From NCBI GenBank assembly GCA_050084985.1, contig JBITNC010000001.1, positions 160,394,001 through 160,458,000 of the forward strand: a stretch of DNA of 64,000 nucleotides, read 5' to 3'. The notes under the pieces are model-generated. The model was not told where the DNA came from and made no database searches. It saw nothing but the letters and a program-made list of their open reading frames with translations. This document shows, one piece after another, positions 25,161 through 37,849 of the stretch (the first letter of the stretch is position 1; the number at the start of each line of letters is the position of its first letter). This DNA comes from Nageia nagi (Eukaryota; Plantae; Pinophyta). Position numbers and translations under genes: made by a program.

Positions 25161-26330
25161 AAATATAGCTTGCATGACCAAGAAGATAAATAATGCATTT
25201 ATAGTGATTCATCCTAGGAATAAGGCAATAAGAATCCAAGATCAAATTTTAAGGTTTTGTTTTGGATTTTGAATACATGTTCATGAAGGCATTCAAAACC
25301 ACAACATTTGATTCACAAGCACCAAGTAGACACATCCAAACACTCAATTAAAGTTTTATGGTATTGTAAGAGTGAAGTTGAAAACTCCATCAAGATAGCT
25401 TACATGAATAAGAAGGTCAAAGATTCATGTATAGTGATTCATCCCATGAGTAATGCAATAAGAGTCACTCATTGCATTGAAGTATTTAGAACCTTCATCC
25501 ATTAAAAATATTATTGGTATATTTATATATGGATATATAAAAATGTGCATCAATCTATAAAGAATGAATTCAAATAAAATGATTGTATAAAATGATAAAG
25601 AAAAGATAAAAGTATAATTAATAATTTCTCTACTCTTCATACCAAAGAACCAGCTTACTTATAAGCCCTTCTTTAGCATTTATTATTTGTTAAGTATTTT
25701 CTATTTTCTTCAAGTATTTCTCCTATATTCTTTCCATTTCTTGTACCTCCTTATCTAGTTATTTACTCTATACTTGTACAAGTTTCTTGAAAAATACGAT
25801 GTCTCTTTGCTACATTCTCAATCAAATGTTATGGTTCTCAATGCTTCCTCAAGATAGCTTGCATGAACAATAAGGTCAACAATGTATGTACCCATTTGTC
25901 AACTTCAATCCAATAACATTAAAAGCATACTTTATATAACCATCAACAAAATAGTCTATTTTTATAAATATTTAGTAACAACACTCTTTGACAAAATGAA
26001 ATGGAACATGGTTTTGTATCTACTTGAAAGCATGCACCTTGTCATTGTACAAGAATATTTATATATTTCATTACTTTGCATCACCAATAATATCCTAAAG
26101 AATATTATCAATATTTTAAATACAATTACCTTCATCATGACTATATGAAAGTAGAACATAAGATGTAACATATTTAATGCATATCCTATGATCATTATAA
26201 TCCATGAAACTATGTTGCACCATGCTAAAGTATTTATAAAAAACTTATTTTTTTCATATGCTATAATAATAATAGTCCATAAAAATGTATTTACATCATG
26301 GATCTTGTAACAAAATTCTTTTTTTCTTAT
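25161..26330 (-). pseudogene. PPR L2/S2/E1/E+/DYW-terminus mosaic
   Basis: LMDEGSKYFNAMSDSYCITHGMNHYT (ORF 25425..25640); VWMCLLGACES-like at 25310-25345; PG-box WIEVDK at ~25890-25915; decayed GQCSCGDYW* ending at 26081. Confidence 0.8.
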
Positions 26331-27849
26331 GTATTTAAATTTATCTTTGAAATATTTAATATCTTGTCAAAACAACTATAGTACTTGGAATATACCTTGT
26401 TGTCAATCAATAATAGTGGAATATACTTCTTTTGAATATATAACAAAGGATAATATTTATTTTAATGGTGGATGTATCCAAAAATATATTAGGAAAGACA
26501 CTACTAGTATCCAAAAAAACACCAGAAGACACACCACCAAAAATACCATTAATGATTAGTAACATAGTGATTGAAGGCAAGGTGATCAATATTGACCTTG
26601 AACACTCTAAAGATTACTTGAAAGTTAGTGTGCTTGTTACCCATGTAGAGGAAACAATCTCACTTACAAGGAACACTAAGATGGACACAATAATAAGACA
26701 TTCCTTTTTTAGCACTACCATACTCCTTAAAAGAAGCTCTAGAAAATCTTCTTCCTCCATAGATGGCTTTTTATATTTAATGTTAGTTTTTTTATATGTT
26801 AAATAAATTGAAACATACTTGCAAGATATGGTTTTTATTCTACATACTTGGATATGTGACACATTTTGGTTCTTGTTTATCCTTGATTTTCATATCATAT
26901 CGAATGTTGTTGTATTTTCATATCATTGTTAAAAAATATTTTTTATGGTCTAGTTACATTATAAAGTGAAATTATATTACTTGAAAGCATAGACGATATT
27001 ATTATGATAATCAAATAATTACAAGGGCCTTATATATATAGTCTTTGGCCCAATTCCTTAGATATTGGTACTTAAAGTATTTTTATACCTATGAAGTATT
27101 TATCAAGCTTTGATGATAATAAAATTTGAAAAATGATTTAAATAGAAAAAAATTAGGCATTAGGCCAAAATTTGCATCTCATTAGAATAGATCTAGGAAG
27201 TTTTTTAATTGAAACCTAATTATTGTACTCCATGAGGTTTCAAAGATACTTATATCTTCTCAAATTATTTTTTCATGTCATTTAGTCTATTTAGATAATT
27301 TCATATCATGTGGTACAATTGCATCATTTTAGAACATATGGTGGATGAGGAAACTTATCACTTTTAGACTAAATTTTTACACTTGAAAAAATTATGGGTT
27401 GGGTAGTTACTTTCCTTATCCAAGCTAGTTATTGGACCCCATTTTGAGATGTATTTTGTGATTCTTTTTCCACAAGCACATGAATTTTAAAAAACTTGGA
27501 ATACTAAACTCCAAATTATAATATTAGGGATTTCCTTTGATTCAATGGTGGTCTAATTATACAAGCATGAAAAAGGCAATTTCTAACATTTTGATATGTT
27601 TATTACAATACTCATTAGTTTTGAGTCTCATTTTTGGACATGAAGATTATATAATGTAGATGGAACACAAACATAAAGGGAAGCACAATAAGACTCAAAT
27701 ATACTCTATAATTATGCTCGAATAATCAAGAGTACTCATAGGATAAATATATATACAATTATGGTCATATATATCATTTTATACAGTTACATCATTTCAA
27801 AACATATGGTGGATGCAAAGGCTAGCTTATACCTTTTTTATAGGTTTTT

Positions 27850-28110
27850 GAATCACTATACATGTAGTATTGACCTTATTTTCCATGCAAGCTATCTTGA
27901 GAAATCTTTCAAAATCATAATATTGATTTACAAGCATCATTAAGTAGATACATCCACACAATGAAGTAGCATTTTCAAAAAATGAAATGGAACATGGTTT
28001 CCTTTCTAATTTAAAGAATACATCATATCAATGTGTAAAAATCTATAGAGTCTACATTACTTTGCATCATAAATAATCTTCACAAGAACATTATCTATAT
28101 CTAAAATGAA
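27850..28110. pseudogene. PPR S2 (+) fused to E1 (-), followed by a DYW terminus (-)
   Basis: + strand NHYTCSIDLIFHASYLEKSFKII abuts minus-strand VWMYLLN.ACKS; minus-strand CSCEDYL* ends at ~28067. Confidence 0.7.
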
Positions 28111-29049
28111 ACTTCCCACATCAATATAAGTATTTGAAAGTAGAAAATAATATGTAACATATTTAGGCTTCAAAAACTCCCTTATTCCTACATTTATTTG
28201 TGGTTACAAGAACTAAGAAAATATGTTCACACTAAAAGTTTAAACCTCCATAAATTTTTCATAGCATTTAATGTATTTAGATCATTTCATATCATAGGTT
28301 ACAATTGCATCATTTCAAAACATATGATGTATGAGGCTAACTTGTAAAATTTAGACTAGTTTTTGATACTTGTAACATCTCGTACAAGGAACTTAGGTGG
28401 GTACTTGTAACATCTTAAGCTTTTTTAATTTTTTTGAGAAGAGAAACCAAAAGGGTAGAGCACTTATCTTGTACCATTTTAAGCTAAGGTGGTTAGAGAA
28501 CTTGTACATTTTTCAATTTAACGAGGAGAGAAGAGTTGAGATGAGGGGATCACAGAGAGTACCCAACATGTATTATTCTATGTATGTTATCAAATAATTG
28601 TCATTATTTTGGAATAAAATTATCTAATGCCTTTTTAATAAAACCTATTTTGTGTGCATCATGCAATCATTGCATATAATGAAACTATGTTTACATTATG
28701 TATCTTATCAAATAATTCATAGAATATTAGTCAAACACTTGGGAAAACTATGGTAGGCACTTGTAACATTTCAATTCATTTTATTTTTTTAGGAAGAACA
28801 ATTGAGTGGGTTGAGCAGTTAGCTTATACCCATTTATTTTGTATCTAACAATCATTGTAGACCATGAAATTGTATTTGCATCATGCATCTTATCATATAA
28901 TGCATGTATATTGAGTCATCTCATGAAAAGGTAATAAGAGTCACTCATGTTGTTATGGTTTCCTCCAAAGTGCTTCATTAGACCAAAGAGTTTGAGACCA
29001 TATTTGTTGTATCCATAAATTGTATATACTCCAATCATCATATACTAGA

Positions 29050-29300
29050 AAACTATTTTTACATCATTTCAAATAATATGATGTACTTAGATCTTTCTTT
29101 GATATATGTTGGTGCATTTGGATTATTTCATATCATATCATACGATGCAATTACATTATTTTATATCATAAGGTGTAAATAGATCATTTCATATAATATG
29201 TTGGTGTATTTAGATCATTTCATATGATATGGTGTATTTAGATAATTTCATATCATATGGTACAATATAGTTGCATAATTTCAAACCATATGGTGTATTT
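29050..29300. repeat. ~28-33-bp minisatellite
   Basis: About 7 degenerate copies of agatcatttcatatgatatggtgtattt. Confidence 0.75.
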
Positions 29301-29309
29301 TGGGTATAT

Positions 29310-29525
29310 ATTTCATTAAGTATCCCCACACAATGCATGTATAATAGTTAATCTTAGAAATAATGCAATAAGATTCACTCATGTTATTAAAGTATTTATA
29401 GCCCTCATCCATTAGATCTGCATGGTTTCTTCCAAGTAGAACACATACAAAGGTTATATTTGTAGTGTTGGGTCCCAAGTGCTTCATCAAATCAAAAAAA
29501 TTAAAGGCATCCTTATTGTAGTCAT
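29310..29525 (-). pseudogene. PPR P2-L2-S2 fragment
   Basis: KDAFNFFDLMKHLGPNTTNITFVCVLLGRNHADLMDEGYKYFNNMSESYCIISKINYYTCIV. Confidence 0.85.
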
Positions 29526-31379
29526 CAACAACACTTTCTATTACATATCACTTCTGGACTAATTTTTGATACTTCAATTTTTTGAGTTCAATATTCAATT
29601 TCCTTCTTAAAGCTAATTTTTGGATAATATAGTGTATTTATATAATTCCATATTATATGGAATAGTTTCATCATTTTAAAACAAATGGTGGATAAAGCCA
29701 ACTCATCACTTTTGGACTAGTTTTTGATACCAAGAAAAATTCAAGGTTGCACAATTATTTTCCTTCTCTAAGTAAGTTTTCATGCCCATTTTGAATCATC
29801 TTTTTGGGTTTCCTTTTATACAAGCATATAATTTTTAGAAATATAGTATATTAAACTACAAAATATGATATGAAGCACCTCCTTAGATTCAATTATGGTT
29901 TGATTGTAAGAAAAAGGAAGTTAGTAAGTTTTAGATGGTTTGTTGTACAATAGTCATCATCTTTTGGGTTTCTTTTTCTACAAGACTATGATTTTTATAA
30001 AGCTAGTATGTTGAACTCTAAATTATGATTTCAAGCACTTACTTCAATTAAACAGTGGTCTAACTATAAAAAAAGTAATTTATAATTTTTGAATAGATTT
30101 ACTATAGCAATCATTGACTTTTGGGCCCTATTTTTAGACATGAAGATTATGCAATGTAGATGGAATATGAAGGCAAAGGTAAGCACAATAATATTCAATT
30201 AAATATTATTGATAAAGAATACATATAAGATAAAAAATTACATAATTGTGCTCAAATTATTAATTATTTTTATATAGGCATTTTGTAAATTTTTGAAAGT
30301 TTGTCACTATTTGATCAATTTGCTACAAGTATGAAAATACTAGGATATTGAATATCCATATATTGGGATACTATAGAGGTGTTGTTAGGTGTTCCTTTGG
30401 TTTCTTATAGACTTGTATTAGGATGAGTAAGGTAAGAGACTGAATGGTGATTGGTCATTCCCATTAGGCCATCCTCTTAGAGCCCATGGCATATAATGTT
30501 ATTAAGTCATAGGACTATTGTACCTCTTGCAATCGAGAAAGGCATATTTGAGAAGCATTTTTCCATTGAATTTTTTCATGGAAGAATATTTGCTACCTAT
30601 GGATACTTTTTTAAAAAGCAATTATTAGATGATGATTTTAAATTGTAACTTTATAGTTTAATAGGGATATGAATAACCACCTCCTTATATCCTTTGATGA
30701 TAGTTTATACTACCATACATGAGCGATTATTAATCGCCACTATAGGGAATTGACCTTTTCCGATAGGCTCATAGGTGATGGACCAATAGCCATTTGTATA
30801 GGGCTTTAAGGGAGGTTATAAACTACAACCAAAGGTCCATTTTAGTATAATATTTGTTATAGGAACATCCATGGTTACAGGTGGATGTCTTATCTATAAC
30901 ATTATTTGATTCGATTATTTTATTTTGCAGGTTAAAATTTGAAACTTTGAGATAAAGCATACATAAAATAAATATTATTAATTATGGTTAAGTATCTATA
31001 TGTTACCACTCATCAAAATTTTAAATTTCTTCAATCTAAACTTGATACCTAAAATATCAACATTGGTAGAAAATCTCCATATCAACAACAATAAAGCCTA
31101 TAAATATGAGTGAATAGAGTTCTTTATCAAAAAGAAAAATAGTAGCACATGCAACTATGCCAATAGTTTTAGAGTTCTCACCTTTTTCCTTTTGGATAAT
31201 ATATTACTACTTAAAAACTAAGGATGCATTGAGTAATGATCCTACATATTATTGATATACTATCATGGGAGTTGACTATACTACTAATAAATTACACCCC
31301 TTGTATACCCCTAACATCATCAGACCAAAGGATAGTTGCATGCACCCCAATGGTGGGGTCCACCCTTTTCTAGAATCAA

Positions 31380-32690
31380 TGGGTGTGTAAATACCATGCA
31401 TTATTCCTATTTTAAATGCCATTTGTTATTCCTAATTTAAATGCCATGCATTTTTCAATTTTAACCTCTTGGCATTTTTTTTGGGTAGTAAATGTTAGGC
31501 ATGTTCTTAAGTGTAAACACCATGTGTGTTTCTTATTAGTAAATATTTAGCATTTATCACTTTTTTAAATGTTAGATGAATTTTCATGTTAAACACATGG
31601 TATTTACCATATTTTCTCTCATGTCAAGATTTCAAAAATATTGCATGTGCACATTAAATATCTTGGTTACATACCTAACATTCACCACTATGTATTAAAT
31701 GCTAGTGTTTACCATAATTTCTCTTCCATCAATATTTCCAACTTATCTTGGATACATGATTGATATTTACTACTCTAGGTGTAATGAACACTAGAAGTTT
31801 GCAACATTTATTTTTGATGTAATAAACACTAGAAGTTTACAACTTTTATTTGGGTGTAATAAACACCATACATTTACTACCACATCCCATCGAGATTTTG
31901 AAATATCCCACACATGCATATTAATTATATTTATTACATACCTAATGTTCAATGAGTAGTAAATACCATGCATTTATCACCTTGATTACTATAATTTCTC
32001 TCCTATAAAGATTTTTGACTGTCCCACACATATGCATTTATTACATTCATTATACACCAAGCATTTACTAAAAAGTAAATGCATAGTGTTTATTATTTTT
32101 TCTCTCTCATTGAGATTTCCAATTGTCCCATATGTATGCATCAATGGAATTGGTTACACTCTTGGCATTTACTAAGTAGTAAAATCCATTCATTTACCAA
32201 ATTTTCTTATGTGCGTATTAGTTATCTTGGTCACATACCAAGTATTTATTACCAACATAAAAAAAAGAGATGATAATTTTGTTTCATTTTCAATGTTTGA
32301 ATTGTTCTTGTAGTAGAGCAGGAGAGCCAAGATGACTTTCTAGGGAAGTAAGTATTCTTACTCTATTGATATTTGTATTCCATGAAATGGTTTTAACCTT
32401 TCTTGTAGATTGTAGGGTGACATGTTATCCTTTCTTTTAGCATTTTGAATAGGTTATAGATCATACCTCACTAAAGAGTTCTAATAACCAAATATAGAGA
32501 ATACTTTTTAGTAGTTATATGGTGTTACTATTCATATCAAAACCCTACTTATGGACTATATTTTATTTACCTAAAACCCTAGCATTTCAAAAACTATTCA
32601 AGTCCAAAACCTAGTATTTCAAAACCCTGATTATTGACTAGGAATTAGATACTCAAAACCCTAGCATTTTGAAACCCTACAATTATATTC
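31380..32690. repeat. Degenerate ~100-bp tandem array plus aaaccctagcattt repeats; probable DNA-transposon subterminal region
   Basis: tttaccata.tttctctc...agattt... units at ~31603, 31708, 31873, 31986, 32088 and 32193; aaaaccct repeats at 32540-32680. Confidence 0.55.
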
Positions 32691-32734
32691 ACTACACAAA
32701 ATGTACAAGATTCTTTAGATTTTGTATTACTTTG

Positions 32735-33449
32735 TGTTATAACTAAAATAATAATAATTATGATTATTCACAACATATTTAATTTAACCAACTATTCATG
32801 AAATAATAGTAAATGATGATATGAAAGATAGCAATCACTTAATTAACCTTGACCTATCAAATTGGATTTACAAAAGATGCAAACATGTACTTTACATTTC
32901 AGAATGAATAAAGGTGATATTCAACTAAAAGGGGATGAACAATGAGCTTACTCAAAGAATTAAGCCACAAATTCAACCTCAAACCAATTCTAGTGCTATG
33001 ATATCAACAATGCCACCTAGTTAACTTTCAAGATTACCTCAATGTTTCACTTGATATCATTGTCAACCCTTCGAAGCTTGAAATATCATGCATAAATGGA
33101 TGATAAATATTACAAGAATGCAAAGCTCAATGTATAAAAAAATCCAAATATGATAGATTGCATTAAGAAATAATGGTCAAGAATGATTCAAGTAATTTCT
33201 ACCCATCAAGGATTCAAGATTATGTCATAATTTCTTATGTACAACATCTCCACATTTATAGGTAACATGTCTAGTGCTAAGGCTTCTCCTTAGGCTTTAT
33301 GTGATGTAGGAATTACATGTTGTCATAAAACATAAAGGTAGATGAGAGTCCATAATGATAAGAGTATTTATTTAATTAAATAAATAAATTATTTTAAATA
33401 CCTAAAAGAGTATTTTAATTAAATTAAAATTCCTTTTTAGATGTTCATA
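32735..33449 (-). repeat. 3' LTR of the outer Tat element
   Basis: Colinear with 56967-57661 (tgttataa.taaaataataataatta...aaattaaaattcctttttag); 10 mismatches in the first 61 nt by hand count. Confidence 0.92.
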
Positions 33450-33929
33450 GATGGTCAACTTTGAATATGATTAGCACTTTTGGGATAAAAGATAATCAAA
33501 GCATAAATTCAAAGTATAACAAGAAAAGTAAGAAAGTACTATTTGAAAAGTTATCTCACGGTGATAGCTTTGGATTCCTTCTTTTTACCTATATTATGCC
33601 CTTTCTTTGGCTTGGTTGTGACATGATAGACCTCTCATCATAGGGTAAATCCAAGGCAAAGATAAAGGACCCTAAAATATTTTTGACTTGTGATATAATT
33701 TGAAAAACATTTTTTTATGAAAAAGGAAGGTAAAAGAATGAAACTAATTACCTTTTTTGCTATATTAACATGATTAAGAAGGAAAATTAAAATGTTTTGA
33801 TATTTTTAATCTTTGTAACACAACAAAATGACTAGGAACACAATGGCATCATTGGGTTATTATTCCCTTTTCTTAAAATATTAGTATTGAGAAATATAGA
33901 GATGCATATTTTTATGAAAAAGATCATAC

Positions 33930-34618
33930 ATAATTTTTTTTGAATGCATAACATTAATTGGATTATGTTCTTATTTAACTTTTATTATGGATAATTTATA
34001 TGCATATTTTCAATAATTTACAATGACAATATAAGGACCTATCCAATTAAGTTTGAACTTACCTCTCTTTTCATTCTCTAAAGCTTTTGTGTTGGTAAGA
34101 TTTTCTTTTAATACTAGGTCACCTACCTTGAACTCTTTAAGCATGATCCTTTTACCATAAACATTTGGATTTTGGAGTGATAGATATGAAGTTGTTCTAA
34201 ATAATTTACTCTTTTTTCATCTAGAACCTATAATTGGGCTAGTCTAGCTTTTATTCTATTTTCATCAAGAATGAGACCATCTAGTGACAAATGTAATGAT
34301 GGGATTTCTAGTTCAAATGGAACTATGACTTCATCACCATACATTAAGGAAAAAGGAGTGGTCCCTATGGAAGTCCTTATACTTGTTCTATAGTCTCACA
34401 AAGTATAAGAGAGTTATTCATGCCAATCTTTTTCATGATTTGCAATATTTTGGATACGATAATCTTTATTGCTTTGATAGAAGCTTCAAATTGACCGTTT
34501 CCTTTGAGATAATAAGATGTAGAGAATTTTCTTTCAAGATGATATTTATTACAAAGTACTTTAACTTCATTACCTCTAAAACATGTACTATTATCCATAA
34601 ACAATTTAGAAGGGACAT
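33930..34618 (-). pseudogene. Integrase C-terminal half of the outer element
   Basis: VPSKLFMDNSTCFRGNEVKVLCNKYHLERKFSTSYYLKGNGQFEASIK; TSIGTTPFSLMYG; FKLNWIGPY. Confidence 0.9.
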
Positions 34619-36020
34619 TGTATACTTATACATATTTTTAGAGAAATAAGAAGAGTTTTGTATGGGCATGATCTATTTTTTTCCTTTACTATTTGATAGA
34701 ATATTTATACTTCTTCAATTTTATACATTTCCTATATTGTCTAATTTTGGTGGAGATGTGATAGTATTGGAGTGTACAAAGTTTTTTAAAATGGAGGAAA
34801 AATCGGATAGTGTTCGTACTTAGTCATTTTTGAGCATTTCTCATAGTGTTCAATTTTGATAAAGATCTGATAGTATTTAAATGAATAATATTTTTAGGAA
34901 TAGATGAAAAATACAAATAATTTTATATTTACCCATTTGCTAATGTTTTATAAAGTATTTGATTTTGGTGGAGATTTGGCAGAGTAGAGCACATAAAATT
35001 TTATCAAAATAACATGATAATCAAATAAGTCATTTTCTTTAGTTTTAGCCCCACTAGAGGTGGTTTAATCACATGTAATTGATAATCATAGTTAGAAAAA
35101 CCATCCAAAGTGTTCCAATTTTGAGATTAAATTTTTGGCCATTTAGATCAATGCATATCTAGAGCATTCTACCAAAATAATGTATTTTACTTCTGTATCT
35201 AATTTTAGTGGATCCATTTGAATTCAAATACCTATATATATTATTATAATCCCAATAAAACATATTTTCATTCCAAGTAGATGATTTATCTCCCAAATTT
35301 AAGTTTTCAAGCTCCAAACAAGCTGAAGGGTGTTAACATTTGTAGAGGAGTGATCCAGATCTTTGTATATTTAAATCTTAGTTGTAAATCTTATAAAAAA
35401 ATCTAATCTGATACTTTGTAAATATCTATATAGTTAGCTAAAAATATTTTTTTCTATCAAAGTTTGCAAGGAATTATTTAGAAGATATTTTCTAGAAAAA
35501 CTATAAGTATTACTTCTATTGAAGGAGTCAGATAGAGTAGATACTACCCCTATTTTGTACTAGTGCCAATGATAATGAAATAAAATTTACTTCTTAATCT
35601 CTTAAATATGATTTAACTATCATTATTCTTAAATGGTTGTGTGATATATTTATTTTCACTTTGTGAACTATGAGAAATTATGAATAGTTAATCTATATCT
35701 GTAAAATGCTTGTAGAGTATTATTACTTAGAATGCAATATTTTATTTAGTGGATACAAAATCAAACTATCAAACCAACTTGATTTTTTCTATAATGGATG
35801 CTTGTACTATTTTAAATATTTATTTTTAGTTTTTTTACACCCACTAACCTAGCATTTAAGTTTTATTTATTCTTGCAAGTTTATTTTCTATGCATTTACT
35901 TTTGTAAATCCCAGTCTAATCTTGATAGGAACTAGCCTTCTATGGAGATAGATTTCTAATCTTAGAAATCATTCATCATAATTATAGCTATGACATTGAT
36001 ATGTGGGTGCATTTACTACA
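34619..36020 (+). repeat. 5' LTR of the nested Tat element
   Basis: Colinear with 49929-51331; starts TG; TATA-like cctatatata at ~35231; probably ends ...tttactaca. Confidence 0.9.
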
Positions 36021-36199
36021 TCTTAGTCAATAGTATTATAATTATTTTTGGGTGGGATGATCTCCTACCCTATTCTAAATTATTCTTGATCATTATATCA
36101 TGATGGTGACTTTGCTTCTTTGAGACTCATTCTATCTTTAAAAAGATTAAACCTAAAAAATTTCCATAAGTTTTACTTATTTTAGTTTTTTTTATTATG

Positions 36200-37849
36200 A
36201 GAACAAATTCACAAACTAATAAAACTAAAGAATGCTCTACTGTTCAAAGTTCTAAAATATTTGTTGAAACTCTAATTAGAAAATCCAAATCTCTTACAGA
36301 TCTTATTCATATTTTAATCGCTATGTGTTGAGCTCCATTCAACCTTTTATGTGTAGAAATATTATCAATACACTTGTTAATATGGCTTAGCCAACTTAAT
36401 CTCTTATTTATCCATAATATAATTCTTTTGGTGCCCTCCAAGTTGCAAATCCTCATGAGATTAGAATGGAAGCTACCAAAGCTTTCCAAAATTTGGATGG
36501 TTATAAAAAGACTTCTAAACATTGTCAAGATATTTTAAATATTTCCAAGTAGCACAACATATTCCATGAATTTGTGATGCTCATATTTCTTACTATGTCT
36601 CTCTTTGAATTCTTTTTGGATTGGTACAAAACACTTTTGGCCAATTCCATATCTATATGAAATCAACTTGCAAAACCCCTTATTCTCTAATCTAACAAGG
36701 TTGATGATCCTTAATAATTATTATCACAAGTCAATGTTATTTAAATATATCCTCAAGAGAATGTATTTTAATTTAATCTTATATTTTCTAAATCTTGAGC
36801 TAGAGTGCCTCTAGCTATGAGGCCACATCCTTTAATGGCTTTAATATTTTATCTCAAGGAATTTACTCTTGATTTAGTTTCAAGAATTCATATGAATGGA
36901 ACTCAACATTTTTAGATATTTATAAATATGGTTTGCAATTTGAATCTTCTCTTATTTCAATAAGAAATCTTCCTTATATGATATTCACACCTATCTCATA
37001 TGCACCCTCATCTTCCATGCAACCTTCAATGCAGACTTATCCTTCTTTATCTATAGCTCAAACTCCTTAGTTACCCAAGTTGCAAATTTCAACACCACAA
37101 CCTCAACTTACTCTACCTATAACACAACCATAACTTTCCTTACATGGTCTTTTTCACAATTAGCACTTCCTATACCACACTATAGATATTAGTAAGAAAA
37201 TATACAATCAATGAAGATTGTAGAATTGAAACCTTGGTGAGGAATTAATCAAATAGGAGGATAACTAAACAAAAATGACTCAAATGTGAGACTAAATGAC
37301 CAAATGGATGATGTAATCAATAAAGGATGTATTTATATCATGCTAAGATCAATCAAAATAAAGGATCCACCCAAGAATAAGTACAATACATATGTCCCTA
37401 AGGCACATACTCTACCTTCTAATCACGATTGGGTGGAGCTTTTAATGACCCTCATATCTAGAATTCTTATCCCATAACCAACATAAAACATGGTTACCAT
37501 TTAATGATGATTCAGTACTAATTATTATGAATTAAGAAGCATCACAAGCTAATCTCATGATTTTTCAAAACTTGCTAATAGAGTATTGAAACTAGGTTTG
37601 TATTGGATAGTATTAGCCTTAGATACATATTCAATCCTATCCAATTAACCCTAATTCAAACACCATCTACATTCTTTTTACCAAGTTACCATCAAAGAGG
37701 CCTAATTAAGAAAATATGTGGCTATATAATAAGATTTTTTCCTGAAAAGAAAATCAATGGAAAAATATAACTCAGTTCTCGCCTTCAATTCCTTCTGGAT
37801 TCTTTGGGAGATTCAAAAAAATGAGAAAGAAGCCAAAAGGTTAAGATTT
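36200..37849 (+). pseudogene. gag relic of the nested element
   Basis: DGYKKTSKHCQDI...HNIFHEFVML...SLFEFFLDWYKTLLANSISI*NQL at ~36495-36680, followed by a P/Q-rich segment. Confidence 0.7.

Larger units (their letters stand above)
27280..30200. repeat. Dispersed ~100-bp module (at least 5 copies) and a longer duplicated block, interleaved with PPR fragments
   Basis: atttcatatcat..ggtacaattgcatcatttcaaaacatatggtggatgagg..aactt at ~27295, 27775, 28280, 29245 and 29640; 27400-27720 resembles 29735-30200. Confidence 0.7.

Noticed and set aside
26329-26862. Overlapping ORFs (113 aa and others) as a gene
   Set aside because: No recognisable motif; probably a fragment of a retroelement accessory ORF, but this cannot be supported from the sequence alone.
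29050-29300. CRISPR-like array
   Set aside because: The repeats are degenerate and head-to-tail without unique spacers, the context is eukaryotic, and no cas genes are present.
30360-30960. LTR fragment
   Set aside because: Composition resembles an LTR, but no termini, TSD or partner copy could be identified.
34610-34625. TSD of the inner Tat element
   Set aside because: The left flank (gacat) has no match at the right junction, which appears to have lost several bp, so no TSD is claimed.
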